64,000 bases of DNA from Terriglobia bacterium (GTDB taxonomy: Bacteria; Acidobacteriota; Terriglobia; UBA7540), in assembly GCA_035277665.1 (NCBI GenBank), contig DATEKC010000148.1:3164-67163 (forward strand), written 5' to 3'. Shown here one piece after another: positions 1 to 9,602 of the stretch. The notes beneath the pieces were generated by a model, which made no database searches, was not told where the DNA came from, and saw only the letters and a program-made list of their open reading frames with translations. How positions within the stretch are numbered: the stretch's first letter is position 1; every line of letters begins with the position of its first letter. Position numbers and translations under genes: made by a program.

Positions 1-1277
1 CTCTTTGGCTCATCGCCGTCACTCCAATTTCGATTCCGGTAAGTGCTGCGCAAGGCAATGAACAGTCTGTACCGACACAGGCCACCAAGGCTGCCATGCC
101 CTTATCGCAATTGGTAAAGGAAGCGGAACAGAACAACCCGCAGATCATCGCGGCCCGGCGCCAATGGCAAGCGGCCACGCAGGTGCCCTCCCAAGTTTCG
201 ACCTTGCCGGACCCCGAAGTGATGGTGGAGCAGATGTCTGCCGGGACGCCTCTTCCCTTCGACGGCTTCAACTCAGTCGAGATGACGTACCTCGGGTTCG
301 GCGTTTCGCAAAGCATCCCTTACCCCGGCAAGCTTCGTTTGCGCGGCGAAATTGCCCATCGCAAAGCGGACGAGTTCCAGCAACAGGCCGACTCCGTGCG
401 CCGCTCTGTTATTGAAAAAGTCAAGACCGCGTATTTCCGCCTCAGCTATGTTCAGCAGACCCTCGGGATCCTGGAAAAGGACGAAAATCTGCTCGGCCAG
501 GTCGAGAAGATCGCCGAAGCGCGATACCGCGTGGGCCAGGGCAACCAGCAGGACGTGCTGAAGGCCCAGTTAGAGCAGACAAAACTTCTCAGGGACACCG
601 CCCAATACCGCCAGCAAATGCAATCCCTGCAGGCGCAACTGAAACAGCTTCTCAACCGGGCGCAGGATTCCGCGGACATCACTGCGGAAAGACTCACAGA
701 AACGCCGCTGCCGTTCAGTTCCGATGACCTCCTGTCCGCCGTTCGCACAGGCAATCCGGAAGTGGGCGTCCGCCATGAGGAAGTGCAAGGCCAAAGCCTG
801 CAGGTGGAACTGGCCAAGAAGGATTTCTACCCCGACTTTGACGTTCAGTACTTGTACCAGCACACGGCAGCCCCGTTCCCCGAGCGCTACATGCTCAGCG
901 TCGGGGTGAAAATCCCCATCTACCGCAGCCGCAGGCAACGGCCTGAAGTTGCTGAAGCCGCCGAGCAGCTCAACGGCGCTCGCCGGATCTACGAAGCCCA
1001 GGTCCAGCAGGCCTATTTCGAGGTCCGGGACCAGTACCTTGTCGCTGATTCCGATTCCAAAGTGCTCAGGATCTACCGTGAGGGTCTGATTCCTCAGGCA
1101 ACGGCGACCTTCCATGCGGGTTTGGCCGCATACCAATCGGCCCAGCAGGATTTTCAGACCCTGTTGGATTCATTTCTCGACGTCTACAACCTCGATGTCG
1201 AGTACTGGCGAACGCTGGCGGAACATGAAACCGCTCTGGCGCGCCTCGAACAACTGACCGGGATCCAGATTCCCTGA
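1..1277 (+). CDS. cusC: TolC-family outer-membrane efflux protein (CusC/CzcC-like), 5' end outside the window
   Basis: The reading frame stays open back to base 3 (LWLIAVTPISIPVSAAQG..., a signal-peptide tail), so the true start is upstream of the window. The N-terminus LSQLVKEAEQNNPQIIAARRQWQAA and the duplicated coiled-coil/beta repeat pattern are typical of OMF proteins. It is the first gene of an OMF-MFP-RND operon. Confidence 0.85.
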   Translation, partial: LWLIAVTPISIPVSAAQGNEQSVPTQATKAAMPLSQLVKEAEQNNPQIIAARRQWQAATQVPSQVSTLPDPEVMVEQMSAGTPLPFDGFNSVEMTYLGFGVSQSIPYPGKLRLRGEIAHRKADEFQQQADSVRRSVIEKVKTAYFRLSYVQQTLGILEKDENLLGQVEKIAEARYRVGQGNQQDVLKAQLEQTKLLRDTAQYRQQMQSLQAQLKQLLNRAQDSADITAERLTETPLPFSSDDLLSAVRTGNPEVGVRHEEVQGQSLQVELAKKDFYPDFDVQYLYQHTAAPFPERYMLSVGVKIPIYRSRRQRPEVAEAAEQLNGARRIYEAQVQQAYFEVRDQYLVADSDSKVLRIYREGLIPQATATFHAGLAAYQSAQQDFQTLLDSFLDVYNLDVEYWRTLAEHETALARLEQLTGIQIP

Positions 1278-1305
1278 TCGATTCGGCCGAAGAGAGGGAT
1301 ATGTC

Positions 1306-2883
1306 ATGAAGGATTATCGCAAAGCATTCCAGATCACACTTGGGGTGAGCATTGCGCTCGCGGCGCTTGCGGCTTTGTTCGGATGGCGCTACTTTGCGCA
1401 GGAACGGAGCACTGCTGCGTCGAAAGAGATGGCTAAACCGGCTGCCACGACTGGCCCGGCCTCAGCGGCTGAAGGCAACTCCACGCCGGCCGCCGCGCCT
1501 GTGAAGCTCACTCCGCTTCAGCTTTCGCCCCAGCGGCTGCAAAGCATTGGCGTCACAACCGGCGTGGTGGACTTCCGGGAACTTACAAATGAAATCCGTG
1601 CGGTGGGCAACGTGGCACTGGATGAACAACTGGAAGCCTACGTCCAAACGCGCTTTTCCGGATGGATTCATAAGGTCTACGCCAACTCGACATACCAGTA
1701 CGTCAAAAAGGGCCAGCCGCTGTTTACCATCTACAGCCCTGAACTCGTGACGACAGAGAACGAATACCTGCTGGCAAAGAAAGATCAGAATCTGCTTCAA
1801 AGCAGCACCGTGCCGGGAGTCGCCTCGGGCGCCGATTCCCTGCTCGCCGCCGCCCGCGAGCGCCTAAAGCAATGGAACATCCCCGCAGGAGAGATCCAGC
1901 ATCTGGAATCCACCGGCCAGGTCCGGCACGACCTTGAAGTTGATTCCCCCGTCTCCGGCTACATTACGGAGTACAACGCCCTGCCGAACCTTTACGTACA
2001 GCCAGCCACCCGGCTCTACACCATTGCCGACCTTTCTACTGTCTGGGTCCTGGCGGAGATCTTCCAGTCCGACCTGGAGCAGATTCGGCCCGGCGAGTCG
2101 GCCACCGTTACCAGCGACGCCTATCCCGGCCGAACATTTTACGGGCGCGTGGATTTCATCTATCCCGAAGTCAATATGAACACCCGCACCATTAAAGTGC
2201 GGCTGGTGTTCCGGAATCCCGGCCTGAAACTCACGCCGGGCATGTTCGTTAACGTCAGTCTGAAAGCGCCGCTGGGCCGGCATCTTGCAATCCCCGCTTC
2301 CGGAGTGTTCCACACCGGCACTCGAGATGTCGTGTTTATCGATCACGGCAACGGTTATCTCGACCCGCAGGATGTGACCCTGGGGCCGCAAACAGGCGGC
2401 TACTACAGCGTGCTAAAAGGGCTGAAGCAGGGCGAGAAAATCGTGACTTCAGCAAACTTCCTGATCGATTCAGAAAGTCAACTCCAGGCTGCGCTGGGCT
2501 CATTTGTGCCGCCCCCGCCGGGCGCGGGCGCCGCCGCCTCAATGAACAAGGTGAACGCCTCGCAGATAAATGTGGAGTTCACCACTTCGCCTTCGCCGCC
2601 AGGCAAAGGGCTGAACACTGTTCGGGTCAAATTGGCTGACGCCCAGGGCAAACCCATCACGGGCGCAGAAGTAAAGGTCCGATTCTTTATGGCTGCCATG
2701 CCGGCTATGGGGATGTCGGCCATGCAAAGCGTGTTCCAACTCACGGACAAAGGGGGCGGCTACTATGAAGGCAGCGGAAATCTCCAAAGCGGTGGCACCT
2801 GGCAGGTGACGATCTCTGCTCAGAAGAACGGCCTGACCCTGGCCAGCAAGCAATTGAGCGTGAACGCAGAAGGAGGGATGTAA
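1306..2883 (+). CDS. cusB: RND efflux periplasmic adaptor (CusB/CzcB, HlyD family) with a C-terminal Met-rich extension
   Basis: It has an N-terminal TM anchor and membrane-fusion-protein motifs (PVSGYITEYN, GMFVNVSL, SANFLIDSES). It lies 28 nt after the OMF gene and 1 nt before the RND pump. About 110 extra C-terminal residues contain MAAMPAMGMSAM. Confidence 0.85.
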   Translation: MKDYRKAFQITLGVSIALAALAALFGWRYFAQERSTAASKEMAKPAATTGPASAAEGNSTPAAAPVKLTPLQLSPQRLQSIGVTTGVVDFRELTNEIRAVGNVALDEQLEAYVQTRFSGWIHKVYANSTYQYVKKGQPLFTIYSPELVTTENEYLLAKKDQNLLQSSTVPGVASGADSLLAAARERLKQWNIPAGEIQHLESTGQVRHDLEVDSPVSGYITEYNALPNLYVQPATRLYTIADLSTVWVLAEIFQSDLEQIRPGESATVTSDAYPGRTFYGRVDFIYPEVNMNTRTIKVRLVFRNPGLKLTPGMFVNVSLKAPLGRHLAIPASGVFHTGTRDVVFIDHGNGYLDPQDVTLGPQTGGYYSVLKGLKQGEKIVTSANFLIDSESQLQAALGSFVPPPPGAGAAASMNKVNASQINVEFTTSPSPPGKGLNTVRVKLADAQGKPITGAEVKVRFFMAAMPAMGMSAMQSVFQLTDKGGGYYEGSGNLQSGGTWQVTISAQKNGLTLASKQLSVNAEGGM

Positions 2884-2884
2884 C

Positions 2885-5800
2885 GTGATAGCCCGTTTGA
2901 TTGACTGGTGCGCGCGCAATCGCTTCCTGGTTTTTTCTGGGGTGTTCCTGCTGGTCATGGGTGGGATCTGGTCGATGAAGAACATTCCCCTCGACGCGCT
3001 CCCTGACATTTCCGACGTTCAGGTGGTTATCCACACGGCCTGGGCAGGCCAGCCTCCAGACATCATCGAGGACCAGGTCACATACCCAATTGTCACCACC
3101 ATGCTTGCCGCGCCACGGGTGAAAAACGTCCGGGCTGAAACAATGTTTGGCGACTCCTACGTGTACGTGATTTTTCAGGACGGCACCGATCTCTACTGGG
3201 CCCGTTCCAGGGTGCTGGAATACCTCCAGCAACTACAGGGCAGACTGCCGGCAGGAGCCAATCCCGTGCTGGGGCCGGACGCCACCGGCGCAGGCTGGGT
3301 TTATGAATACGTTCTGGTGGACCATAGCCACAAGCAGAACCTCGCCGATCTTCGCAGCCTGCAGGATTGGTATATCCGCTACCAGCTTGAGACCGTTCCC
3401 GGTGTGGCGGAAGTGGCGACCATCGGCGGATATGTGCGCCAATACCAGGTGAGGCTGGATCCTGAAAAACTCCAGGCGCTTAATATTCCGCTCTCAACGG
3501 TTATCGACCGTGTCCGCGCGAGCACCAACGAAGTCGGCGGACGCCTGCTCGAATTCGGCGGCGCGGAATACATGGTGCGCGGGCTCGGCTACTTCAAATC
3601 GCTCGATGACCTTGGCAACATACCCGTGGGTACACACAATGGCGTGCCAGTACTGGTAAGCGACCTGGGGACGGTTTCCTTTGGGCCGGACATTCGCGAA
3701 GGGGCCATCGACTGGAACGGGGTGGGCGAAACAGTAGGCGGAATTGTCGTGATGCGTTTTGGGCAGAACGCGCTTAACGTCATCAACGGCATTAAAGAGC
3801 GAATCTCAGAGATCAGGATGTCGCTCCCTCCAGGTGTCGAAATCGTTCCCTCGTACGACCGCTCCGAACTGGTCAATGACTCCATCGGAACCTTGCAGCG
3901 AGACCTTCTGGAAGAAGCCATCATCGTCAGCCTTGTCATCATCATCTTCCTTTTTCACTTTCGCTCCGCACTCATTCCGATCCTCACCCTGCCTATTGCC
4001 GTCATCGCTTCTTTTATTCCGATGTATTACTTCCATGTGACGGCCAACATCATGTCCCTTGGCGGGCTGGCGCTTGCCATCGGGGTCCTGGTCGACGCTG
4101 CCATTGTAATGGTGGAGAACGGATACCGGGTGCTCTCTGAACGCCAGCATGAACTTGAAACAAGCGCATCACCGGCCCAGTCGCCGGCCGCAGAACAAAC
4201 GCCGGAATCCGGCGCCAAAGACGCGAGCGCGCCTGTGTCCGCTGGGGCTGCTCCCCGCGCGATTAGCGGCCGGGAGCGCGCCGGGCTTCTGCTTTCTGCA
4301 GCCAAGCAGGTCGGGGCTCCCATCTTCTTTTCGCTCATTATCATTGTTGTTTCGTTTCTTCCCGTCTTTCTGTTGGAAGCGCAGGAAGGCCGGATGTTCC
4401 GCCCGCTGGCCTGGACCAAGACGCTGGCCATCGGCTTCTCGTCAGCCCTTGCAATCACGCTGGTCCCCGTGCTGATGCTTATGTTCATTCGCGGGCGCCT
4501 GAGGCCGGAATCGGCCAATCCAGTTTCGCGATTGACGCAGGCAACTTACCTCCCTGTCCTGCGCTGGTGCCTGCGCCACCGTGTCATCACTCTGCTTGCC
4601 AATCTGCTATTCTTTGCTCTGACCATTCCTCTGGCGTTTCGAATCGGCAGTCAGTTCATGCCGCCGTTTTATGAGGGCGACGCCTTATACATGCCGACGG
4701 CCTATCCGGGCATTTCCATCACGCAGGCGTCCAGACTGATGCAGGAGCAGGACCGCATCATCAAATCCTTCCCCGAAGTTATAAGCGTGATGGGGGCGGT
4801 GGGCCGGTCTGACAGCGCAACCGATAACGCTCCGCTCTCAATGTACGACACAACGATCCAACTGAAGCCTCGGTCCGAATGGCCCAAAGGCATGACGTAT
4901 TCCAAACTGATCCAGGACATGGATGCCAGGCTGCAATTTCCCGGCCTCACCAACACTTGGACAATGCCCATCCAAAACCGCCTGGATATGGAACTCACCG
5001 GGATAAAAACACCCGTCGGCCTGAAAATCCAGGGGCCGACCGTCGACGAGATTCAGCAGGCCGGCGAGCGCGTCGAGAGCCTGCTCTCCGGCCTGGACGG
5101 CGTGCGTTCGGTTTTTGCAGAGCGAGTGTCTCAGGGCTTTTATGTCAACATACAGGTGGACCGCTCCAAGGCCGCGCGCTACGGCTTGACGGTGGCAGAC
5201 GTGCAGAGCGCCGTGACCTCTGGAATCGGAGGTGAGAACATTGCAGTCAATATCCAGGGGCGCGAACGGTACCCGGTGAACGTCCGTTACAATCGCGACT
5301 TCCGCGACAACCTGGGTGCCCTCGGGCGCGTTCTACTTTCCATACCCACCGGAGCACAGGTGCCCATCAACGAGGTGGCAAGCATCAGTTACTCGCGTGG
5401 CCCGGCAACCATCCGTGATGAAGACGGCCAGTTGACCGGTTACGTGTATTTCGACTTGAATACCAGCGACTACGGCGGTTTCGTTCAAAGGGCTGACGCA
5501 GCGCTCCGGCAAAAGTTGCATCCGCCTCCGGGAGTTTCCTACCGCTGGTCGGGCGAATACGAGTTTGAGGTCCGGGCGAAGAAGCGGCTTGAATTAATTA
5601 TCCCGCTTGTGTTTTTCGTTATTTTCCTGCTGCTCTATCTCGTGTTCCGTTCAGCCACTGAAGCCGGTGTGCTGATCCTCCCGACATTCTACGCCCTGAC
5701 CGGCGGCTTGATTTTGCAATGGTTGCTCGGTTATCAGTTCAGCGTGGCTGTCTGGGTGGGTTACATCGCGTTGTTTGGAATTGCGATTGAAACCGGCGTC

Positions 5801-6151
5801 GTGATGGTTGTTTACCTGCACGAAGCGCTCGATAAGCGCCTCGCTGCTGCCCGGCCCGTTGCGCACGAGGACATCGAAGCCGCGGCCATTGAAGGCGCGG
5901 TGATGCGCCTGCGGCCCAAGCTGATGACCGTCAGCGTGGTGCTGGCCAGCCTGATCCCAATCCTGTGGGAAAGCGGCGTGGGATCAGACGTCATGAAGCC
6001 CATTGCCGCGCCGATTGTCGGCGGCATGGTGACGTCAACAATTCACGTATTGATCCTGGTTCCAGTGTTCTTCACCATGATGAAAGAACGCGCGCTTCGT
6101 CGGGGCACGCTAAGGCCGTCGCAGGAGAACACCAATAACGAGATACCATAA
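2885..6151 (+). CDS. cusA: Heavy-metal-efflux RND pump, CusA type
   Basis: 1088-aa, 12-TM RND protein. By-eye alignment to E. coli CusA keeps the three methionine-triad contexts (EGDALYMP, APLSMYDTTIQLKP, NRLDMELTGIKTP). GTG start. Confidence 0.93.
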   Translation: MIARLIDWCARNRFLVFSGVFLLVMGGIWSMKNIPLDALPDISDVQVVIHTAWAGQPPDIIEDQVTYPIVTTMLAAPRVKNVRAETMFGDSYVYVIFQDGTDLYWARSRVLEYLQQLQGRLPAGANPVLGPDATGAGWVYEYVLVDHSHKQNLADLRSLQDWYIRYQLETVPGVAEVATIGGYVRQYQVRLDPEKLQALNIPLSTVIDRVRASTNEVGGRLLEFGGAEYMVRGLGYFKSLDDLGNIPVGTHNGVPVLVSDLGTVSFGPDIREGAIDWNGVGETVGGIVVMRFGQNALNVINGIKERISEIRMSLPPGVEIVPSYDRSELVNDSIGTLQRDLLEEAIIVSLVIIIFLFHFRSALIPILTLPIAVIASFIPMYYFHVTANIMSLGGLALAIGVLVDAAIVMVENGYRVLSERQHELETSASPAQSPAAEQTPESGAKDASAPVSAGAAPRAISGRERAGLLLSAAKQVGAPIFFSLIIIVVSFLPVFLLEAQEGRMFRPLAWTKTLAIGFSSALAITLVPVLMLMFIRGRLRPESANPVSRLTQATYLPVLRWCLRHRVITLLANLLFFALTIPLAFRIGSQFMPPFYEGDALYMPTAYPGISITQASRLMQEQDRIIKSFPEVISVMGAVGRSDSATDNAPLSMYDTTIQLKPRSEWPKGMTYSKLIQDMDARLQFPGLTNTWTMPIQNRLDMELTGIKTPVGLKIQGPTVDEIQQAGERVESLLSGLDGVRSVFAERVSQGFYVNIQVDRSKAARYGLTVADVQSAVTSGIGGENIAVNIQGRERYPVNVRYNRDFRDNLGALGRVLLSIPTGAQVPINEVASISYSRGPATIRDEDGQLTGYVYFDLNTSDYGGFVQRADAALRQKLHPPPGVSYRWSGEYEFEVRAKKRLELIIPLVFFVIFLLLYLVFRSATEAGVLILPTFYALTGGLILQWLLGYQFSVAVWVGYIALFGIAIETGVVMVVYLHEALDKRLAAARPVAHEDIEAAAIEGAVMRLRPKLMTVSVVLASLIPILWESGVGSDVMKPIAAPIVGGMVTSTIHVLILVPVFFTMMKERALRRGTLRPSQENTNNEIP

Positions 6152-6278
6152 TCAACGCAGCTTAATGAAGAAGATACGGGGACAGCCTCTGGCCGTGCAG
6201 CGGGATAAAAGCTTCGTCTCCGGCTGATTGTTCAGTGGCGTATCTTCAGAGTGGTACAATGGGAGGTAATCCCAGGAG

Positions 6279-6785
6279 ATGACCATGAGGGGCAAACGGC
6301 TCTCGATCACCATTCTGATTGTCGCACTTGGGGTCGGAGCGGCATGGCTGGTCCACCGCATGTCCACTCCGAAGCAGCCGGCCGTCTGTGAGATTTGCGG
6401 GCGCGGGATGATGAAGCAGGTGGAATTCCGAATCGAGACTTCCCACAGAGCCATCTACGCCTGCTGCCCCGGCTGCGCGATACACCACATCATCAACCAC
6501 CCCGGTGAAGCGCGCAAGGAACTGGCGACCGACTTCAACAGCGGGCGTCTGATTCCTGCGCAGTCGGCTTATTATGACATGGGCGGCGACGTGCAGTATT
6601 GCACCCGCCACGATCCCTCCATCCAGCGGGCGCCAGGGCAAGGAGTGGAAATGCGCGTCTACGACCGTTGCCTGCCCGTGCTGGTCGCCTTCGCCTCGAA
6701 GGACGGAGCTGAAGCGTACCGCCAGCAGCATGGCGGGCAAGTCGTCACCTTCGACCAGGCCCTCGAAACCGTCCGCAAGCGCTAG
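6279..6785 (+). CDS. Membrane-anchored TRASH-motif (putative metal-binding) protein
   Basis: N-terminal TM helix (ITILIVALGVGAAWLV), then C-x2-C-x21-C-x3-C (CEICG...ACCPGC), which fits the TRASH/YHS metal-binding pattern. It lies directly downstream of cusCBA. AGGAG at 6274-6278 favours the second ATG (6285) as the start. Confidence 0.6.
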   Translation: MTMRGKRLSITILIVALGVGAAWLVHRMSTPKQPAVCEICGRGMMKQVEFRIETSHRAIYACCPGCAIHHIINHPGEARKELATDFNSGRLIPAQSAYYDMGGDVQYCTRHDPSIQRAPGQGVEMRVYDRCLPVLVAFASKDGAEAYRQQHGGQVVTFDQALETVRKR

Positions 6786-6906
6786 TCGCATTCAGACGCC
6801 TTTCTGTTTGGATTATTACTCCAGCTAAAGGCCGGGCATTGCGGAAATCCGGTTTACCCGATGGGGCAAAGCTTGATTGGGGGTGGGTACGAAAGCAGAC
6901 TCTTCT

Positions 6907-7353
6907 CTACCGCCTTCCGGGCGCCTCTGCGGGCTGCGTCAAGGTAATGTCCAATTCGTCGGAAATCTCTGGCAGCAGTCGCTGGATGGCGGCCAGCAGG
7001 TTTGGAAAGCGGACTGGTTTGGCAACGTAATCATCCATGCCAGCCGCCCGGCACCGCTCTTCATCGCCTTTCAGGGCATGAGCAGTCAAGGCAATAATAG
7101 GGAGGTGATCGCCGGTCAATTCCTCTTTTTTGCGGATCAGGGCCGTCGCTTCGAAACCATTCATTTCCGGCATCTGGACGTCCATCAGGACGAGGTCAAA
7201 CGGCTGCTTCTCCAGGTCGGCCAGCGCTTCCTTTCCATTCCCCACCGGGATAACCGCAATCCCCCGTTTCTCCAGCAGCCTGATGATGAGCTGCTGGTTG
7301 ACGGCGTTGTCTTCGGCCAGCAGAATGCGGGCCGTTTTTTGCCTTTCGCGCAG
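6907..7353 (-). pseudogene. Second receiver domain (REC2), in frame with REC1, with no canonical start for its beta-1 strand
   Basis: My translation from 7353 downward gives LRERQKTARILLAEDNAVNQQLIIRLLEKRGIAVIPV(GTG 7245)GNGKEAL...FDLVLMDVQMPEMNG...YVAKP. The only ATG/GTG/TTG start (7245) would delete beta-1 and the acidic pocket. It is in the same frame as 7354-7806, separated by a single TAG. Confidence 0.5.
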
Positions 7354-7806
7354 CTAATGCCGGGTGATCAGGGAGCTCCGCTCAGCCGTGGCGGCGGGTT
7401 TCCCAAGCGCTTCGAGGATGGCGCGCAGCAGTTCGCTTTGCCGGATGGGCTTGACCAGATAAGCAGAAATCCCCAGCTTGCGGCATCGCGAGGCGTCGCC
7501 CCGCTGGCCTGCCGAGGTGAGCATCATGATTGTGGCGCCTGCCAGCCTGGGATTCTCCTTGATCTTCTGCGCCACGGCAAACCCGTCGATGCCCGGCATC
7601 TGGACATCCAGTAGAACCAGGGAAAAGGTTGACCCTCGCGCCGCATTCTTCTCCATCACGTCGAGCGCGCGTTCTCCGCCCCCGGCCAGCGTCGGCTCCA
7701 TCCGCCAGTGGCGCAGCATGGCATCCAGTATTTTCCGGTTGGTGGCATTGTCGTCCACCACCAGCACGGCCATGCCGTCCAGCACCACCGTTTCCCGCGG
7801 TTCCAT
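7354..7806 (-). CDS. Response-regulator receiver domain protein (REC1 of a split tandem-REC gene)
   Basis: Complete REC signature: VLVVDDN, LVLLDVQMPGIDG, MMLTSAG, AYLVKP. It ends at TAG 7356-7354. Confidence 0.85.
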   Translation of the reverse strand: MEPRETVVLDGMAVLVVDDNATNRKILDAMLRHWRMEPTLAGGGERALDVMEKNAARGSTFSLVLLDVQMPGIDGFAVAQKIKENPRLAGATIMMLTSAGQRGDASRCRKLGISAYLVKPIRQSELLRAILEALGKPAATAERSSLITRH

Positions 7807-8114
7807 CCGGTGCGAGCAATAGTAGCACCGTTTTTATCTCTCGTTAAGTAAGTCCACAGACCGGCAGCTTCAGGCTTTACACGCTCGCTACCCTTTTGAC
7901 GATGGCGTTTGCCGGCGAGCACGTCCCGTAGACCACGGCCGATGCAGAAGAATTGCGGAGAGAAAAGCCCGTGGCGCTCACTGCCGTAAAATGCACACTT
8001 CCTCGAGTCGCCGTTCAAGGTTGCCGTGCAAACGGATGCTGAGGGTTACGGCTGCGTGAAGGCGCGGCCTTCACTGTTTGACGAAGTGGCAAGAGTTGCT
8101 GAAAAACTGATATT

Positions 8115-9542
8115 TCACTGTTTACCGAAGGGCGCGGTCCCGCCGATCCTCCCGTTGTTCGCTGTAAAGACGTTCCGCTGTGAACTGACGTCCCAAATTT
8201 CCTGTGTGTGGGTTGTTCCGGTCACTTCGTTGTTTGAAAAGGTTGAGGAGGCGTTTCCGTGAGCGATGTAAATTCCATAGTTATTGCCATGGTCACTGCG
8301 GATTTTGTTCCCGGTGATCACATCATTCCCTGTTTGAGAACGGGAGGTACACCCATAACAGACTTCGTTGGAGGTTCCCGCCCTGAGGCCATTGTGGTAG
8401 ATCACGTTGTTCGAGATAACATCATTTTCGCCGTCAATCATCAGGCCCGAAAGCTGATTGGAATAAATCGTGTTCCCTGTCACGGTCCAGTGTGTGCCAT
8501 CAACCTGTATCCCCTGTGAGTCATTGTCATGGGAAACGTTATCGGTTGCCGTCGAATAGGCCGGATCGCTCCCGCGCGGCGGGTAATATTCCATCAGGTC
8601 GAAGCCTTCCTGGTGGTTGCGGTAGGAGGTGTTGCCCGAAACCGTTAGATAGGTCTCAAAGTTGGAGCCTCGCGAATCTTCCTGGCCGATCTTGATGCCC
8701 GTTTCCGAGCTGTCGTGGACAACGTTCCCTGTGACGCGGATGTGCTGGCCACCGTAAATGAGAATTCCGTTATGCACCGCGTAAGAAATGTTGTTCGAGT
8801 CGGCGACATTGTTGTAGCTGAGCGCCCCATGATCATTAGTCGCGTCCACAAACGCGATGGCTCCGGGTACGGCCTCCGGGAAGCCCCCGATAACTGTATT
8901 GTTGATCGCCTCAGAATCGTGGCACCTGTCAAAATAGATTCCGAAAAATCCTTTGTTGACGCTGTGCAAACCGCTTACGGTAATGTGGTCGCTGTTGATA
9001 AAGACAATGTGCGAGGCAAAAGTGGTGGCGCTTGAAGCCTCGGCTTTCTGGGCCGGGGACATTCTGGCCCAGGCGTCGCCGTCATCAGAGGGCTCGGGGA
9101 TGTAGCCGAAGCCGGTCAAGTGGCGATCGAGGACGATGATCTGTTTGGGATTCGCCGTCGGCAACTCTGCGACTGTCACCACTTTCGGCACGGTACGGTT
9201 TTGAATGCCGATGTTTTTGATCGTGACATAAGAACAATGTGTGCATACAAAGGCCCCGCCATCTTTCAGGATCACCGCTCCATCCTGGCCCTCGATCGTC
9301 ACGTTTTTGATGTTTGAGAGAACAATTCTTGAATCGAAGCGATAGACGCCCGGCGGCAGGATGACGGTTCCGCCGGTACGATTGGCCGCCTGCACGGCGG
9401 CGCTAAAGGATGGCCCGTCATTGTGCGTTCCGTCGCCTTTGGCGTTGAACCCTCGAATATCATAGGTCCCCGTTCCAGTCTGTGCCTGAGCAAAAGCGAG
9501 AGCAGCCGGGAGGAGCAGAATGGCTATCAGGAGCTTTTTCAT
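8115..9542 (-). CDS. Secreted right-handed parallel beta-helix protein (pectate-lyase/NosD-like fold)
   Basis: Sec signal MKKLLIAILLLPAALAFAQA. The start DIRGFNAKGDGTHNDGPSF is typical of pectate_lyase_3/GH28-like proteins. Many repeats of the type N-x-I-x-N-N-x-x-x-G-I are present. Confidence 0.8.
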   Translation of the reverse strand: MKKLLIAILLLPAALAFAQAQTGTGTYDIRGFNAKGDGTHNDGPSFSAAVQAANRTGGTVILPPGVYRFDSRIVLSNIKNVTIEGQDGAVILKDGGAFVCTHCSYVTIKNIGIQNRTVPKVVTVAELPTANPKQIIVLDRHLTGFGYIPEPSDDGDAWARMSPAQKAEASSATTFASHIVFINSDHITVSGLHSVNKGFFGIYFDRCHDSEAINNTVIGGFPEAVPGAIAFVDATNDHGALSYNNVADSNNISYAVHNGILIYGGQHIRVTGNVVHDSSETGIKIGQEDSRGSNFETYLTVSGNTSYRNHQEGFDLMEYYPPRGSDPAYSTATDNVSHDNDSQGIQVDGTHWTVTGNTIYSNQLSGLMIDGENDVISNNVIYHNGLRAGTSNEVCYGCTSRSQTGNDVITGNKIRSDHGNNYGIYIAHGNASSTFSNNEVTGTTHTQEIWDVSSQRNVFTANNGRIGGTAPFGKQ

Positions 9543-9602
9543 TTTGCCTCCACTTCGCCGTAGCGGTCCTGGCCCGACTGTTACGGCTATCGGGTCTCCA
9601 GA

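Noticed and set aside
4140-4300. ~35-50-aa Ala/Ser/Pro-rich insertion in CusA after the VENGYR motif
   Set aside because: It lies in the cytoplasmic loop between TM6 and TM7, which is length-variable among RND pumps. It is probably a disordered linker with no functional implication.
6877-7614. 245-aa + strand ORF overlapping the receiver genes
   Set aside because: The opposite strand encodes canonical REC motifs, so this frame is a shadow ORF.
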